A stretch of 64,000 nt of DNA, from contig CAXXKJ010000002.1 in assembly GCA_963675295.2 (NCBI GenBank), positions 3,776,001 to 3,840,000 of the forward strand. The letters run 5' to 3'. The notes beneath the pieces are model-generated. The model was not told the DNA's origin and searched no databases. It worked only from the letters and a program-made list of their open reading frames with translations. The stretch is from a bacterium (lineage in GTDB: Bacteria; Electryoneota; Electryoneia; Electryoneales; Electryoneaceae). Shown here in pieces: positions 47,952-56,654 of the stretch (the stretch's first letter is position 1; every line of letters begins with the position of its first letter). The translations under genes were made by a program, and so were the position numbers.

Positions 47952-50266
47952 CAGGCCTTTTCCTCCGCCGAGTCCTTCGCATCATCATCCTTCGCCTGCT
48001 TGCTCTTGCCACGCTTGCTCTCCAGCTCCTCACGGGACGGGTAGCGAATGCGATGGTGGTGCATGCCCTGCAGAATCGGCACGAACGCGTTGATGATGTT
48101 GCCGAGATCGTGCATCGTCAGCGGGCACTCATCCAACTCGCCGTCACGGTACTTGTTGATGATGACCTCGCGCACCTTCTCCTTGATATTATCCGCGCTC
48201 GGATCGTCCAGGCTGCGTGTCGCCGCTTCGGCGCTGTCGGCGAGCATCAGAATGCCGGTTTCCTTCGACTGCGGTTTCGGGCCGGGATAACGGAAGTCGT
48301 CCTCGTTGACCGAACCTTCCGGCCGCAACGACAACGCCTTGTTGTAGAAATAGACCATCAGGCCGGTGCCGTGATGTTCGCGGATAAACTCCTTCACCTT
48401 TTCCGGCACCCGGAAGCGGTCCGCGATTTCGACGCCCTTGGTCACGTGGTCGGCGAGCATCTTCGCCGATTCTTCCGGCTCGAGCGTGTCGTGAATGTTA
48501 CCCTGTCCAACCTGATTCTCGACGAAGTATTCACGCCGCGCCATCTTGCCGATGTCGTGGTAGTACGCGCCCGCGCGCACCAGCAGCGGATTCGCGTTAA
48601 TTTCCTCCGCCGCCGATTCGGCCAGGTTTCCGACCATGATGCTGTGGTGATACGTTCCCGGCGCTTCCAGCGACAGGCGTTTCAGCAGCGGCCGGTTAAG
48701 GTCGGCGAGCTCGAGCAGCGTCAGGTCACTGGTGACACGGAAAATCGGTTCGATCAGCAGCAACATGCCCAACGCGAGCAACGGCGTACTCACCGCGTTA
48801 ATCGCAACGTACCCCAGCTCGGACAACGTATCCTGCTCGAATTGCAGCGCGAACGTGTGCTGAACCATCACCACCAGCACCCCGCCGGCAAAGATCAGCA
48901 TCGCCGAGCGCATGATCTGCAGCCGTGTCCGTACACGCAGCACCGCAAAGATGCTCAACGCTGACGGGAACAGGATTGTCAGCGTCTGGATCAGGTCATA
49001 CCCCTCCAGCCCGCCGATGATGAGCCCGAGAATGACCGAATACAACAGCGCGATCCGGGCCTGGAACACGATCGTCAGGATCACCGCACCCAGCGCGGCC
49101 GGGTAGATGTAGAGGTTGATGTCCTGCCGCGCGAAGATGAAGCCGTACAGCAGGATCATCCCGGCGAACACTGTCGCGATCAGCAGCAGGTGGTTCGGCT
49201 TGCGGTAATGCTGGAAATGGAACCGGTAGATCCAGTACCCGAGCAGCATGAACAGCGAGCCGGCGAACAGCAGCCGTCCCAGCCATGGCAGCAGCATCTG
49301 CCACAGATTCTGATCCTGCCGCGCCATCTTCGACAGCTCGACTTCCAGCGACCGCAGTTTCTCCAGGTGTTGCTGCTCGATGCGCTCGTTGGAGTCGATG
49401 ATGCGTTCGTTCTTGAACACCGTACCCTTGGTCAACGCGACCTGGCTGACAGCTTCCTCGCGACGCTGTTCAGTTTCCTCAGGGTCGTAGAGCAGGTTCG
49501 GCCGGATGAACGAGCCGAGCATCTCGTAGGCGATCTTGAGCGTCGAATCCTGCGACGCCATGTCCACTTCCATCAGCTCCGACAGCCGCGCCAGCGCTTC
49601 CTCATGCGCCGATTCGTAGTCGAACATACGCGCCGGATCGACTGTTTGTTCTTCCGAACCGTCGATGATGCGGATTCTGCCATCCACCGTTTCGATCTGT
49701 TGCGTCGCGACGTTCAGCACGCCACGGCTGTACAGGTCGCGCAGCACGGTGCGCAGCTGGTCCTCGCTCGTCGGCAGCGCGTCGTCACGCGTGCCGTTGA
49801 TCAGATACCGCCACGCGTTGTCGTTGATCGACATTTCGAACTGGACACGCAGCACATTGACCACGCCGCGGCCATACGAACCGAGCGGGCCGCCCATCGT
49901 GTCGGAGGCAGAAATGGTACGCGCGGCCTCACGGATCATGTCGAGGCTTTCGCGCAAATTGGAAAGCATCACCACGCTGACCGAGTCGTCACGCACGAAC
50001 ACAGGCAATACCTGGTCGCGCGCTTCCTCGCGTTCCGCTTCCAGCTCCGCGTCATTTTTCAGCAGGTCGAAGGTGAACGGGGCGATGATTTCTTCCGGGC
50101 TGATTTCGCCCAGCTTGTATTCCCGGAATGGTTGCGGCCCCTGGTGCGGGAACAGGTACATCGTGATGCCGGTGAGCACGGCCCACAGCAGCAACGGCAG
50201 CGCCGGATAAAATTTCGGACGCGCCCGCTGTTTCAGAATGCTGCTGATCTGGCCGCTTTGACTCAT
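47951..50266 (-). CDS. 7TM-HD phosphohydrolase (PgpH-like c-di-AMP phosphodiesterase family)
   Basis: Extracytoplasmic domain, multiple TM segments, APGTYHHS, YHDIGK, EHHGT, FRYPGPKP, MLADSAEAA. Confidence 0.9.
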   Translation of the reverse strand: MSQSGQISSILKQRARPKFYPALPLLLWAVLTGITMYLFPHQGPQPFREYKLGEISPEEIIAPFTFDLLKNDAELEAEREEARDQVLPVFVRDDSVSVVMLSNLRESLDMIREAARTISASDTMGGPLGSYGRGVVNVLRVQFEMSINDNAWRYLINGTRDDALPTSEDQLRTVLRDLYSRGVLNVATQQIETVDGRIRIIDGSEEQTVDPARMFDYESAHEEALARLSELMEVDMASQDSTLKIAYEMLGSFIRPNLLYDPEETEQRREEAVSQVALTKGTVFKNERIIDSNERIEQQHLEKLRSLEVELSKMARQDQNLWQMLLPWLGRLLFAGSLFMLLGYWIYRFHFQHYRKPNHLLLIATVFAGMILLYGFIFARQDINLYIYPAALGAVILTIVFQARIALLYSVILGLIIGGLEGYDLIQTLTILFPSALSIFAVLRVRTRLQIMRSAMLIFAGGVLVVMVQHTFALQFEQDTLSELGYVAINAVSTPLLALGMLLLIEPIFRVTSDLTLLELADLNRPLLKRLSLEAPGTYHHSIMVGNLAESAAEEINANPLLVRAGAYYHDIGKMARREYFVENQVGQGNIHDTLEPEESAKMLADHVTKGVEIADRFRVPEKVKEFIREHHGTGLMVYFYNKALSLRPEGSVNEDDFRYPGPKPQSKETGILMLADSAEAATRSLDDPSADNIKEKVREVIINKYRDGELDECPLTMHDLGNIINAFVPILQGMHHHRIRYPSREELESKRGKSKQAKDDDAKDSAEEKA

Positions 50267-51312
50267 GCGGATGCACCTTCGTCCGTCGTTGCGGACTTGC
50301 TTTCGCCTGACCCGGAGGAGCCCCGGTCATCCGGTTTCCCCGGCTTGCCGTTGTCATTCGTCCGCTCCCGCTCGTACGCCTTGATAATCTCACGAACCAG
50401 CGGGTGCCGGACAACGTCCGACTCGTCCAGTGTTACGAAGCGAATTCCCTTGACCCCGCGCAAGATCACCAGCGCTTCGGCGAGGCCGCTCTGAGTGGGA
50501 TCCTCGAGATCGATTTGGGTCAGGTCTCCGGTCACGATCGCGCGCGAGCGTGCGCCCAACCGTGTAAGGAACATCTTCAATTGCGAACTGGTGGTGTTCT
50601 GTGCTTCGTCGAGGATCACGAAGCTGTTGTTCAGCGTGCGGCCACGCATGTACGCCAGCGGCGCGATCTCAACGCCGCCCTGATCCTTCTGCCGCACCAG
50701 TTCTTCCGGACGCAGCATCTCGCGCAATGCATCGTTCAACGGCCGGAAATACGGATCGACCTTCTCCTCAATGTCACCGGGCAGGAAGCCGAGCTTTTCG
50801 CCAGCCTCGATCACCGGACGCACGAGAATGATGCGGTCCACTTCCTGGTTGATCAACGCCTTGACCGCGACCGCCACCGCGAGGTACGTCTTCCCTGTAC
50901 CCGCCGGTCCGACGGCAAACACCAGGTCGGCGTCCTCCGTCGCGCGCACGTACGATTCCTGGTTCAGCGAGCGCGTCTTCAGCGACAGGCCCTTGCGTTC
51001 GAAGACGAGCAGACCTTCGCCTGCCTGACGCTGCGAGTCGCGCGTGCTGGTCACCGTCAGCCCGGCGAGCGAGAGCGCGGCGTCGAGGCCGCTGATGTCG
51101 ACTTCGCCGTGCTTCGCCATGCCATTCAGGTCACGGACGACCGTCCGTAGCGGTTCCTCTTCTTCCTGTGGTCCGCTGACAAAGACAGACGAGCCGCGCA
51201 CCACGAGGCTTGAGCGCACGACTTCGTTCAACCGTCGCAGGTTGCGATCCTGGGGTCCGACAATGCTGGGCAGCAGCGTCGGATCAATGGGGATGCTGTA
51301 TTCGATCGTCAT
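50263..51312 (-). CDS. phoH: PhoH-family ATPase
   Basis: GPAGTGKTYLA, LGFLPGD, APLAYMRGRTL, DEAQN, DVVRHPLV. Confidence 0.95.
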   Translation of the reverse strand: MTIEYSIPIDPTLLPSIVGPQDRNLRRLNEVVRSSLVVRGSSVFVSGPQEEEEPLRTVVRDLNGMAKHGEVDISGLDAALSLAGLTVTSTRDSQRQAGEGLLVFERKGLSLKTRSLNQESYVRATEDADLVFAVGPAGTGKTYLAVAVAVKALINQEVDRIILVRPVIEAGEKLGFLPGDIEEKVDPYFRPLNDALREMLRPEELVRQKDQGGVEIAPLAYMRGRTLNNSFVILDEAQNTTSSQLKMFLTRLGARSRAIVTGDLTQIDLEDPTQSGLAEALVILRGVKGIRFVTLDESDVVRHPLVREIIKAYERERTNDNGKPGKPDDRGSSGSGESKSATTDEGASA

Positions 51313-51411
51313 CGCAAGGAAAAGCGGCCCATCCGGAAACCTGCTTCCCGGATCAGGGCCGCTTCAAATCACTTTCGTCAGGTACACGCGTAACGTGTGC
51401 CGTTCACCTTC

Positions 51412-52284
51412 TTACCGGCCTCCGCCGCCCGTGCCCGAGCTGGGACCACGGCCAGGAACCTGAAGAATCGTGTTCGTGTAGATCAGGTTCGGATCCGGAA
51501 TCAGGTCACGGTTGGCTTCGTAAATCTTGCGCCACTCGAACGGATTGCCCCACAGATTGTCGGCAATGCGCGCGAGGTTGTCGCCGTTACGTACCAGGTA
51601 CTGCGTGGCCGGATCGATATCCAGCGGAACCGTAAACATCTGGTCCGGGAAAATGAGGTCCGGATCGTTGATCTTTTCGCGGTTCACGGAATAGATCCGC
51701 ATCCACTTCGCACCGTCGCCGTAATGGGCCGGCTTGGCGGCAATGCCCCACAGGTGGTCACCACGGACGACCGTGTAACGGATCGAGCGCGGTCCAGCCA
51801 TGCGGCTGCGGTAGTTGTCGATGTCACGGCGGTAACGGTCGATCCGATTCGCGAACTGCGTCAGCATCGCGGCCGGCATCATCGCCAGCTGATCGAGTTC
51901 CGTTTCCAGCGCCGTCAGCTCATCCTGCTGCTCGAACATCTGCTCGGGCGTCAGGCGGCCGAATTCACCCAGACGGCGGGCGAAGTCGTCAAGCTGGTCC
52001 GCGAAGGCGTCCACGTCAGCCTCGGTGATCCCGAGCATGTCGTAGATTTCGCCCCACGCCGCGGCGATGTCCGCCTCGACGGCTTCAATCTCACCGCTCA
52101 GCGCAGCCTTGGCTTCTTCGCAATCCTCAAGACCGGCCTTGGCATCGCGTTCCCGCTCCTGCCATTCCATCAGCTCGATCTCGTAATCTTCGTATTTCAT
52201 CTTGCGATCCTGGGCCGTAGCCGGAATCGCGATCGCCACGATCATCAGAGCCACGGTGGCGAGGACGATGACACGGTTCATCAT
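51412..52284 (-). CDS. Secreted coiled-coil protein with two LysM domains
   Basis: Signal peptide, acidic heptad region, [13 protein letters not shown]…PDLIFP and [13 protein letters not shown]…PNLIY. Confidence 0.9.
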   Translation of the reverse strand: MMNRVIVLATVALMIVAIAIPATAQDRKMKYEDYEIELMEWQERERDAKAGLEDCEEAKAALSGEIEAVEADIAAAWGEIYDMLGITEADVDAFADQLDDFARRLGEFGRLTPEQMFEQQDELTALETELDQLAMMPAAMLTQFANRIDRYRRDIDNYRSRMAGPRSIRYTVVRGDHLWGIAAKPAHYGDGAKWMRIYSVNREKINDPDLIFPDQMFTVPLDIDPATQYLVRNGDNLARIADNLWGNPFEWRKIYEANRDLIPDPNLIYTNTILQVPGRGPSSGTGGGGR

Positions 52285-52285
52285 C

Positions 52286-52582
52286 TTACATGCCCTCCCC
52301 ATCGTTTTCCATCATCTTGTCGTTGGCATCCATGCGACGCTTCACAGCCTGCTTTTCAGCGCGGACTTCCTGCAATTCGGCTTCCTTCTCCGCCTTCATG
52401 CGTTCCATCCGGGAAGTTTCCTGCTCACAGTCTTCAAGCGACTGCTCGGCGGCAAGAGCAGCGTTCCGCTGATCCTCAAGCGCCTGGAGATCTTCCTCAC
52501 TGGCGTATTTGGTGCAACCCGTGCCCAGCACGAGCGCAACCACAAACACCAGAAGTAAACCCAATAGACCCGTACGTTTCAT
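52286..52582 (-). CDS. Small coiled-coil lipoprotein
   Basis: RBS GAGGGGAG, LVLGTGC lipobox, all-helical charged mature region. Confidence 0.8.
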   Translation of the reverse strand: MKRTGLLGLLLVFVVALVLGTGCTKYASEEDLQALEDQRNAALAAEQSLEDCEQETSRMERMKAEKEAELQEVRAEKQAVKRRMDANDKMMENDGEGM

Positions 52583-52819
52583 GCTCCCCTCTGCGTTGTG
52601 GTAAGCATTCCGCGGTTTGTTAAGTTTTCCAGTGCAAGCGTATGAAAAAATGTATGCGCGTTCAACACCACACACTTCTTGCTCTGGCTCCCTGAACCGT
52701 TCCGCTTAGTTCTTGTTTGGTTTGCACGGAAAGTATCCCGTGTTTGCTGGAAAAGTCAAGGCAGATCGGGGCCCAAAGTCACCCTGGAGGCCGAATTCTG
52801 CCAGATACTGATGATCAAC

Positions 52820-54574
52820 TTATGCTTTAATGCCCAATTCCCGGAGTTGCTTCTCGTCGATGACGCCCGGTGCGCCTTCAAATAACGCCACCGCCTGCGT
52901 CGTTTTCGGGAACGGAATCACGTCTCGAATCGACGATTCCCCGGTTATCAGCATGACTAGCCGGTCGAAGCCGAACGCGATCCCGCCGTGCGGCGGAGCG
53001 CCATACTGCAGCGCTTCCATCAGGAAGCTGAACCGGTTCTTCGCCTCCTCCTCGCTCATTCCGAGCAGATTGAACATTTTCATCTGCATCGCCTGATCGT
53101 GAATACGAATCGACCCGCCAGCGACCTCTTCTCCGTTCCACACCAGGTCGTACGCCTGGCTCAGGATCTTCGTCGGCTCGCTATCCTTGTACTGGTCGTA
53201 CGTTTCCGGATCAGGCGCGGTGAACGGGTGATGCAGCGCGACATGCCGATCTTCTTCCTCGTTGTACTCAAGCAACGGGAATTTGATCACCCACAGCAGC
53301 TCGTGCCGGTCCTTGTCGATCCACTCGAACTCCCGCGCCAACTCCAACCGCAGCATGCCCATCACTTCGTGCACCCGCGGCGCCGGGGCGACCGCGACCA
53401 ACGCGAGATCGCTGTCGGTGTTGACACCAAGCCGCTCCACGGCTTGTTCCAGTTGCGGCTCGGGGATAAACTTCCCGAGCGGGCCGGGCCACGCGCCGTC
53501 CACCTTACGCAACGGCATCAAGCCACCGAGGCCGCGTTCCTTGACGTACGCTTCCCATTCGCTGACCTGCTTGCGCGAAGCCTTGATCTGGTCCGGAACG
53601 TGAATCCCGATCACCTTGCCGCCGGCCTTGACCGTGTTGTCGATCACGCCGAAGCCGTGCCCGTCGAACAGATCGGTGAGGTCAACCAGCTCGTTGCCGA
53701 ACCGCACATCCGGCTTGTCCGACCCGAACCGTTGCATCGCTTCCGCGTAGCTCATCCGCGGCAGTGTCTCCGGGAACGGCACCTCCATCACATCCTCGAA
53801 GATCTGCTTCATCAGACCTTCGGTGACGCCCATGATATCGTCTTCGTGGATGAACGACATCTCGACGTCGATCTGCGTGAACTCCGGCTGCCGGTTCGCG
53901 CGGAAATCCTCATCGCGGAAGCAGCGCACGATCTGGAAGTAACGGTCATACCCCGCCACCATCAGGATCTGCTTGTACGTCTGCGGCGATTGCGGCAACG
54001 CGTACCAGTCCCCATGATGCAACCGGCTCGGCACCACGAAGTCGCGCGCGCCTTCCGGCGTCGAACGCGTCAGGAACGGCGTCTCCACCTCCATGAACTG
54101 CTGGTCGCTGAAGTACCGCCGAGTGGTCTGCAGCAGCTCGTGCCGCACACGCAAATTCCGCTGCATCCGTGCCCGGCGCAGGTCGAGGAACCGCCAGCGC
54201 AGCCGGTGCTCCTCAGACGGCTCGAACTCATCTTCCGGCAGCAGCGGCGGCGTGTCCGGAGTCGCCAGCTTTTCAATCGACGCGACCACCACCTCGATCT
54301 CACCTGTTGGCATATCCTTGTTGATCATGTCGTCCGGACGCTTGCGAACCGTACCGTTCACCCGCAACACCCACTCCGCGCGCAGACGCTTGCCCTGTTC
54401 GACGAGTTCCTTGTTCTCCGGGTCGAACACGAGCTGGGTTTTGCCGTACCGGTCACGCAGCGTCACGAAGATGACACCACCGAGGTCACGCACACGTGAC
54501 ACCCACCCGGCGAGGGTGATCTCCTGGCCGTCATGCGTCCCGCGAAGTTCACCGCAGGTATGAGTTCTGTACAT
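52820..54574 (-). CDS. aspS: Aspartate--tRNA ligase
   Basis: MYRTHTCGEL, RDLGG, STPEGARD, LPQSPQ, CFRDED, HHPFT, GGSIRIH, YGAPPHGG. Confidence 0.98.
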   Translation of the reverse strand: MYRTHTCGELRGTHDGQEITLAGWVSRVRDLGGVIFVTLRDRYGKTQLVFDPENKELVEQGKRLRAEWVLRVNGTVRKRPDDMINKDMPTGEIEVVVASIEKLATPDTPPLLPEDEFEPSEEHRLRWRFLDLRRARMQRNLRVRHELLQTTRRYFSDQQFMEVETPFLTRSTPEGARDFVVPSRLHHGDWYALPQSPQTYKQILMVAGYDRYFQIVRCFRDEDFRANRQPEFTQIDVEMSFIHEDDIMGVTEGLMKQIFEDVMEVPFPETLPRMSYAEAMQRFGSDKPDVRFGNELVDLTDLFDGHGFGVIDNTVKAGGKVIGIHVPDQIKASRKQVSEWEAYVKERGLGGLMPLRKVDGAWPGPLGKFIPEPQLEQAVERLGVNTDSDLALVAVAPAPRVHEVMGMLRLELAREFEWIDKDRHELLWVIKFPLLEYNEEEDRHVALHHPFTAPDPETYDQYKDSEPTKILSQAYDLVWNGEEVAGGSIRIHDQAMQMKMFNLLGMSEEEAKNRFSFLMEALQYGAPPHGGIAFGFDRLVMLITGESSIRDVIPFPKTTQAVALFEGAPGVIDEKQLRELGIKA

Positions 54575-54774
54575 GGGAAGTTCCTGGTCGTACCGTCTGG
54601 AGTATCAGCTCAGTTTGTCTGATACTGGGTGCGGAATATAGACAGTTGCCGCACGCATTGCCATGCCTGTCTTTGCTCTGTCTTTCCGTGATAAATTGGC
54701 GCTCACGACCGTTTCCAAACACCTTCCGGCGCGAGTACCTTGCGTCCGAGAGACATTCACCTTGTGGAACCCCC

Positions 54775-56328
54775 ATGACGAACACGGTTGATTTACACGA
54801 ATTTGAGCAGAGTATCGTCGTCCGGCAGCTGCGTGAGGACGATTACGACCGCATTTGCGCCTTGCAGATCGCCTGCTTCCCGGGCATGGGTCCGTGGGAG
54901 AAAGAAGGGTACCTGCATCAGCTCAAGGTCTTTCCCGAGGGACAGCTCGGTGTCGAAATCGACGGCCTTCTGGTCGCCGGTTCCTCCAGCCTGATCCTCG
55001 AGATGGACCTCTACGGCGACCTGCACACCTTCCAAGAGATCGTACCGCGCGACCGTCTTATCAACCACAATCCGCACGGCGACACGCTTTACGGCATCGA
55101 CATCTTCGTCGATCCCGATTACCGCGACCGCCGCCTCGCGCGACGCATGTACGACGCCCGCAAAGACCTCTGCCGCCGTCTGAATCTGGGCCGGATCGTG
55201 GTCGGCGCGCGCGTCCCCGGCTACACCCGTCACAGCTACAAGATGAATGTGCGCGAATATGTCGAGGCCGTGGAGAATCGCACGCTCCGCGATTCAGTCC
55301 TCACCACGCAGCTGCGCAACAACTTTGTCGTCAAGCGCATTATTGAGGGATATTATCCGTCGGACGAGGAATCGGGCGGGTACGGCATCCTGCTCGAGTG
55401 GACCAACATCGACTACCAGCAGACACGGGGGAAGGTGTACCGCTCCAGCCGGCCGATCCGTGTCAGCGCGATCCAGTACCAGATGCGTCCGGTCAACAAC
55501 TTCGAGGAATTCGCCTCCCAGTGCGAATTTTTCGTCGACACCGCCGCCGACTACAACGGCGATTTCATCGTCTTCCCGGAATTGCTGACAACGCAACTCC
55601 TCTCCTTCATTGATGAGAAGAACTCGATCAAGGCCGCGCGCAAGCTGTCCGAATACACCCCGGACTACCTCGAGATGTTCAGCCGCCTCGCGACGGATTA
55701 CAACATCAACATCGTCGGCGGGTCACACTTCATCAACGAAGAAGGCACGATGCACAACGCGGCGTTCCTGTTCCACCGGGATGGCCGCATCGACCGTCAG
55801 ATCAAGTTGCACAACACGCCGGACGAACGCGACCAGTGGGGCCTGCAACCGGGCAACGAGATCGAGGTCTTCGACACCGACATCGGCAAGATCGCGATCC
55901 TCATCTGCTACGACATCGAGTTCCCGGAAGTGGTCCGGCTGGCAGTGGACAAGGGCGCGCAGGTGCTGTTCGTCCCGTTCTGCACCGACGACCGGCACGG
56001 CTACCTGCGAGTCCGTTACTGCGCCCAGGCACGTTGTATCGAGAACCACATCTACGCTGTTATCGCGGGGACCGTCGGCAACCTGCCACGTGTCGAGAAC
56101 ATGGCGCTACAGTACGCCCAGTCGGCGGTGTTGACACCCTCGGATGTGATGTTCGCGCGTGACGGTGTCGCCGCCGAGTGCACGCCGAACATCGAGACGC
56201 TCGTCATGACCGACCTGGACCTCGAGCTGTTAGCCCGTCACAAACGTACCGGCGCCACTCGCAACTGGCTCGACCGCCGGTTCGACCTGTACGAAGTGGT
56301 GCCCAAGCGGAAGGATACGCCGGTGTAG
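54775..56328 (+). CDS. Bifunctional GNAT / carbon-nitrogen hydrolase
   Basis: N-terminal FPEGQ…LYGIDIFVDPDYR; nitrilase E-K-C triad in FPEL, KLH, ICYDIEF. Confidence 0.9.
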   Translation: MTNTVDLHEFEQSIVVRQLREDDYDRICALQIACFPGMGPWEKEGYLHQLKVFPEGQLGVEIDGLLVAGSSSLILEMDLYGDLHTFQEIVPRDRLINHNPHGDTLYGIDIFVDPDYRDRRLARRMYDARKDLCRRLNLGRIVVGARVPGYTRHSYKMNVREYVEAVENRTLRDSVLTTQLRNNFVVKRIIEGYYPSDEESGGYGILLEWTNIDYQQTRGKVYRSSRPIRVSAIQYQMRPVNNFEEFASQCEFFVDTAADYNGDFIVFPELLTTQLLSFIDEKNSIKAARKLSEYTPDYLEMFSRLATDYNINIVGGSHFINEEGTMHNAAFLFHRDGRIDRQIKLHNTPDERDQWGLQPGNEIEVFDTDIGKIAILICYDIEFPEVVRLAVDKGAQVLFVPFCTDDRHGYLRVRYCAQARCIENHIYAVIAGTVGNLPRVENMALQYAQSAVLTPSDVMFARDGVAAECTPNIETLVMTDLDLELLARHKRTGATRNWLDRRFDLYEVVPKRKDTPV

Positions 56329-56385
56329 TTTTGGCTGCGGACTGCGGACTGCGGACATCGGTCGGCGGAGTAGGAGGAGCTTTTT

Positions 56386-56552
56386 CCGGTTCTGTAGAGC
56401 AAGTGCCCGTGTCAGCTTGCTGACGCGGATCCGAGGAATGATTCCCGGTTCTGTAGAGCAAGTGCCCGTGTCAGCTTGCTGACGCGGACCCGAGGAACAT
56501 TTTCCGGTGCAATACAGGAAGTGCCCGTGTCAGCTTGCTGACGCGGACCCGG
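56386..56552 (+). repeat. Three tandem 59-bp repeats, each with a REP-like hairpin
   Basis: AAGTGCCCGTGTCAGCTTGCTGACGCGGA at 56401, 56460 and 56519. Confidence 0.9.
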
Positions 56553-56614
56553 AGAAAAATGATCTAGTTATAGGAAGTCAGAAGTCTCCCCTTTCAGTTA
56601 GACTGTTCCTTCCC

Positions 56615-56649
56615 CACTCCGGAATAGAGTCTTTCTCTATTCCGGAGTG
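56615..56649. terminator. Perfect 15-bp stem-loop directly after the NACHT gene stop
   Basis: CACTCCGGAATAGAG-TCTTT-CTCTATTCCGGAGTG. Confidence 0.65.
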
Positions 56650-56654
56650 ACATC

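Noticed and set aside
56386-56552. Possible mini-CRISPR array
   Set aside because: The would-be spacers resemble each other and the sequence preceding the first unit, there are only three units and no cas genes; a tandem REP-like repeat fits better.
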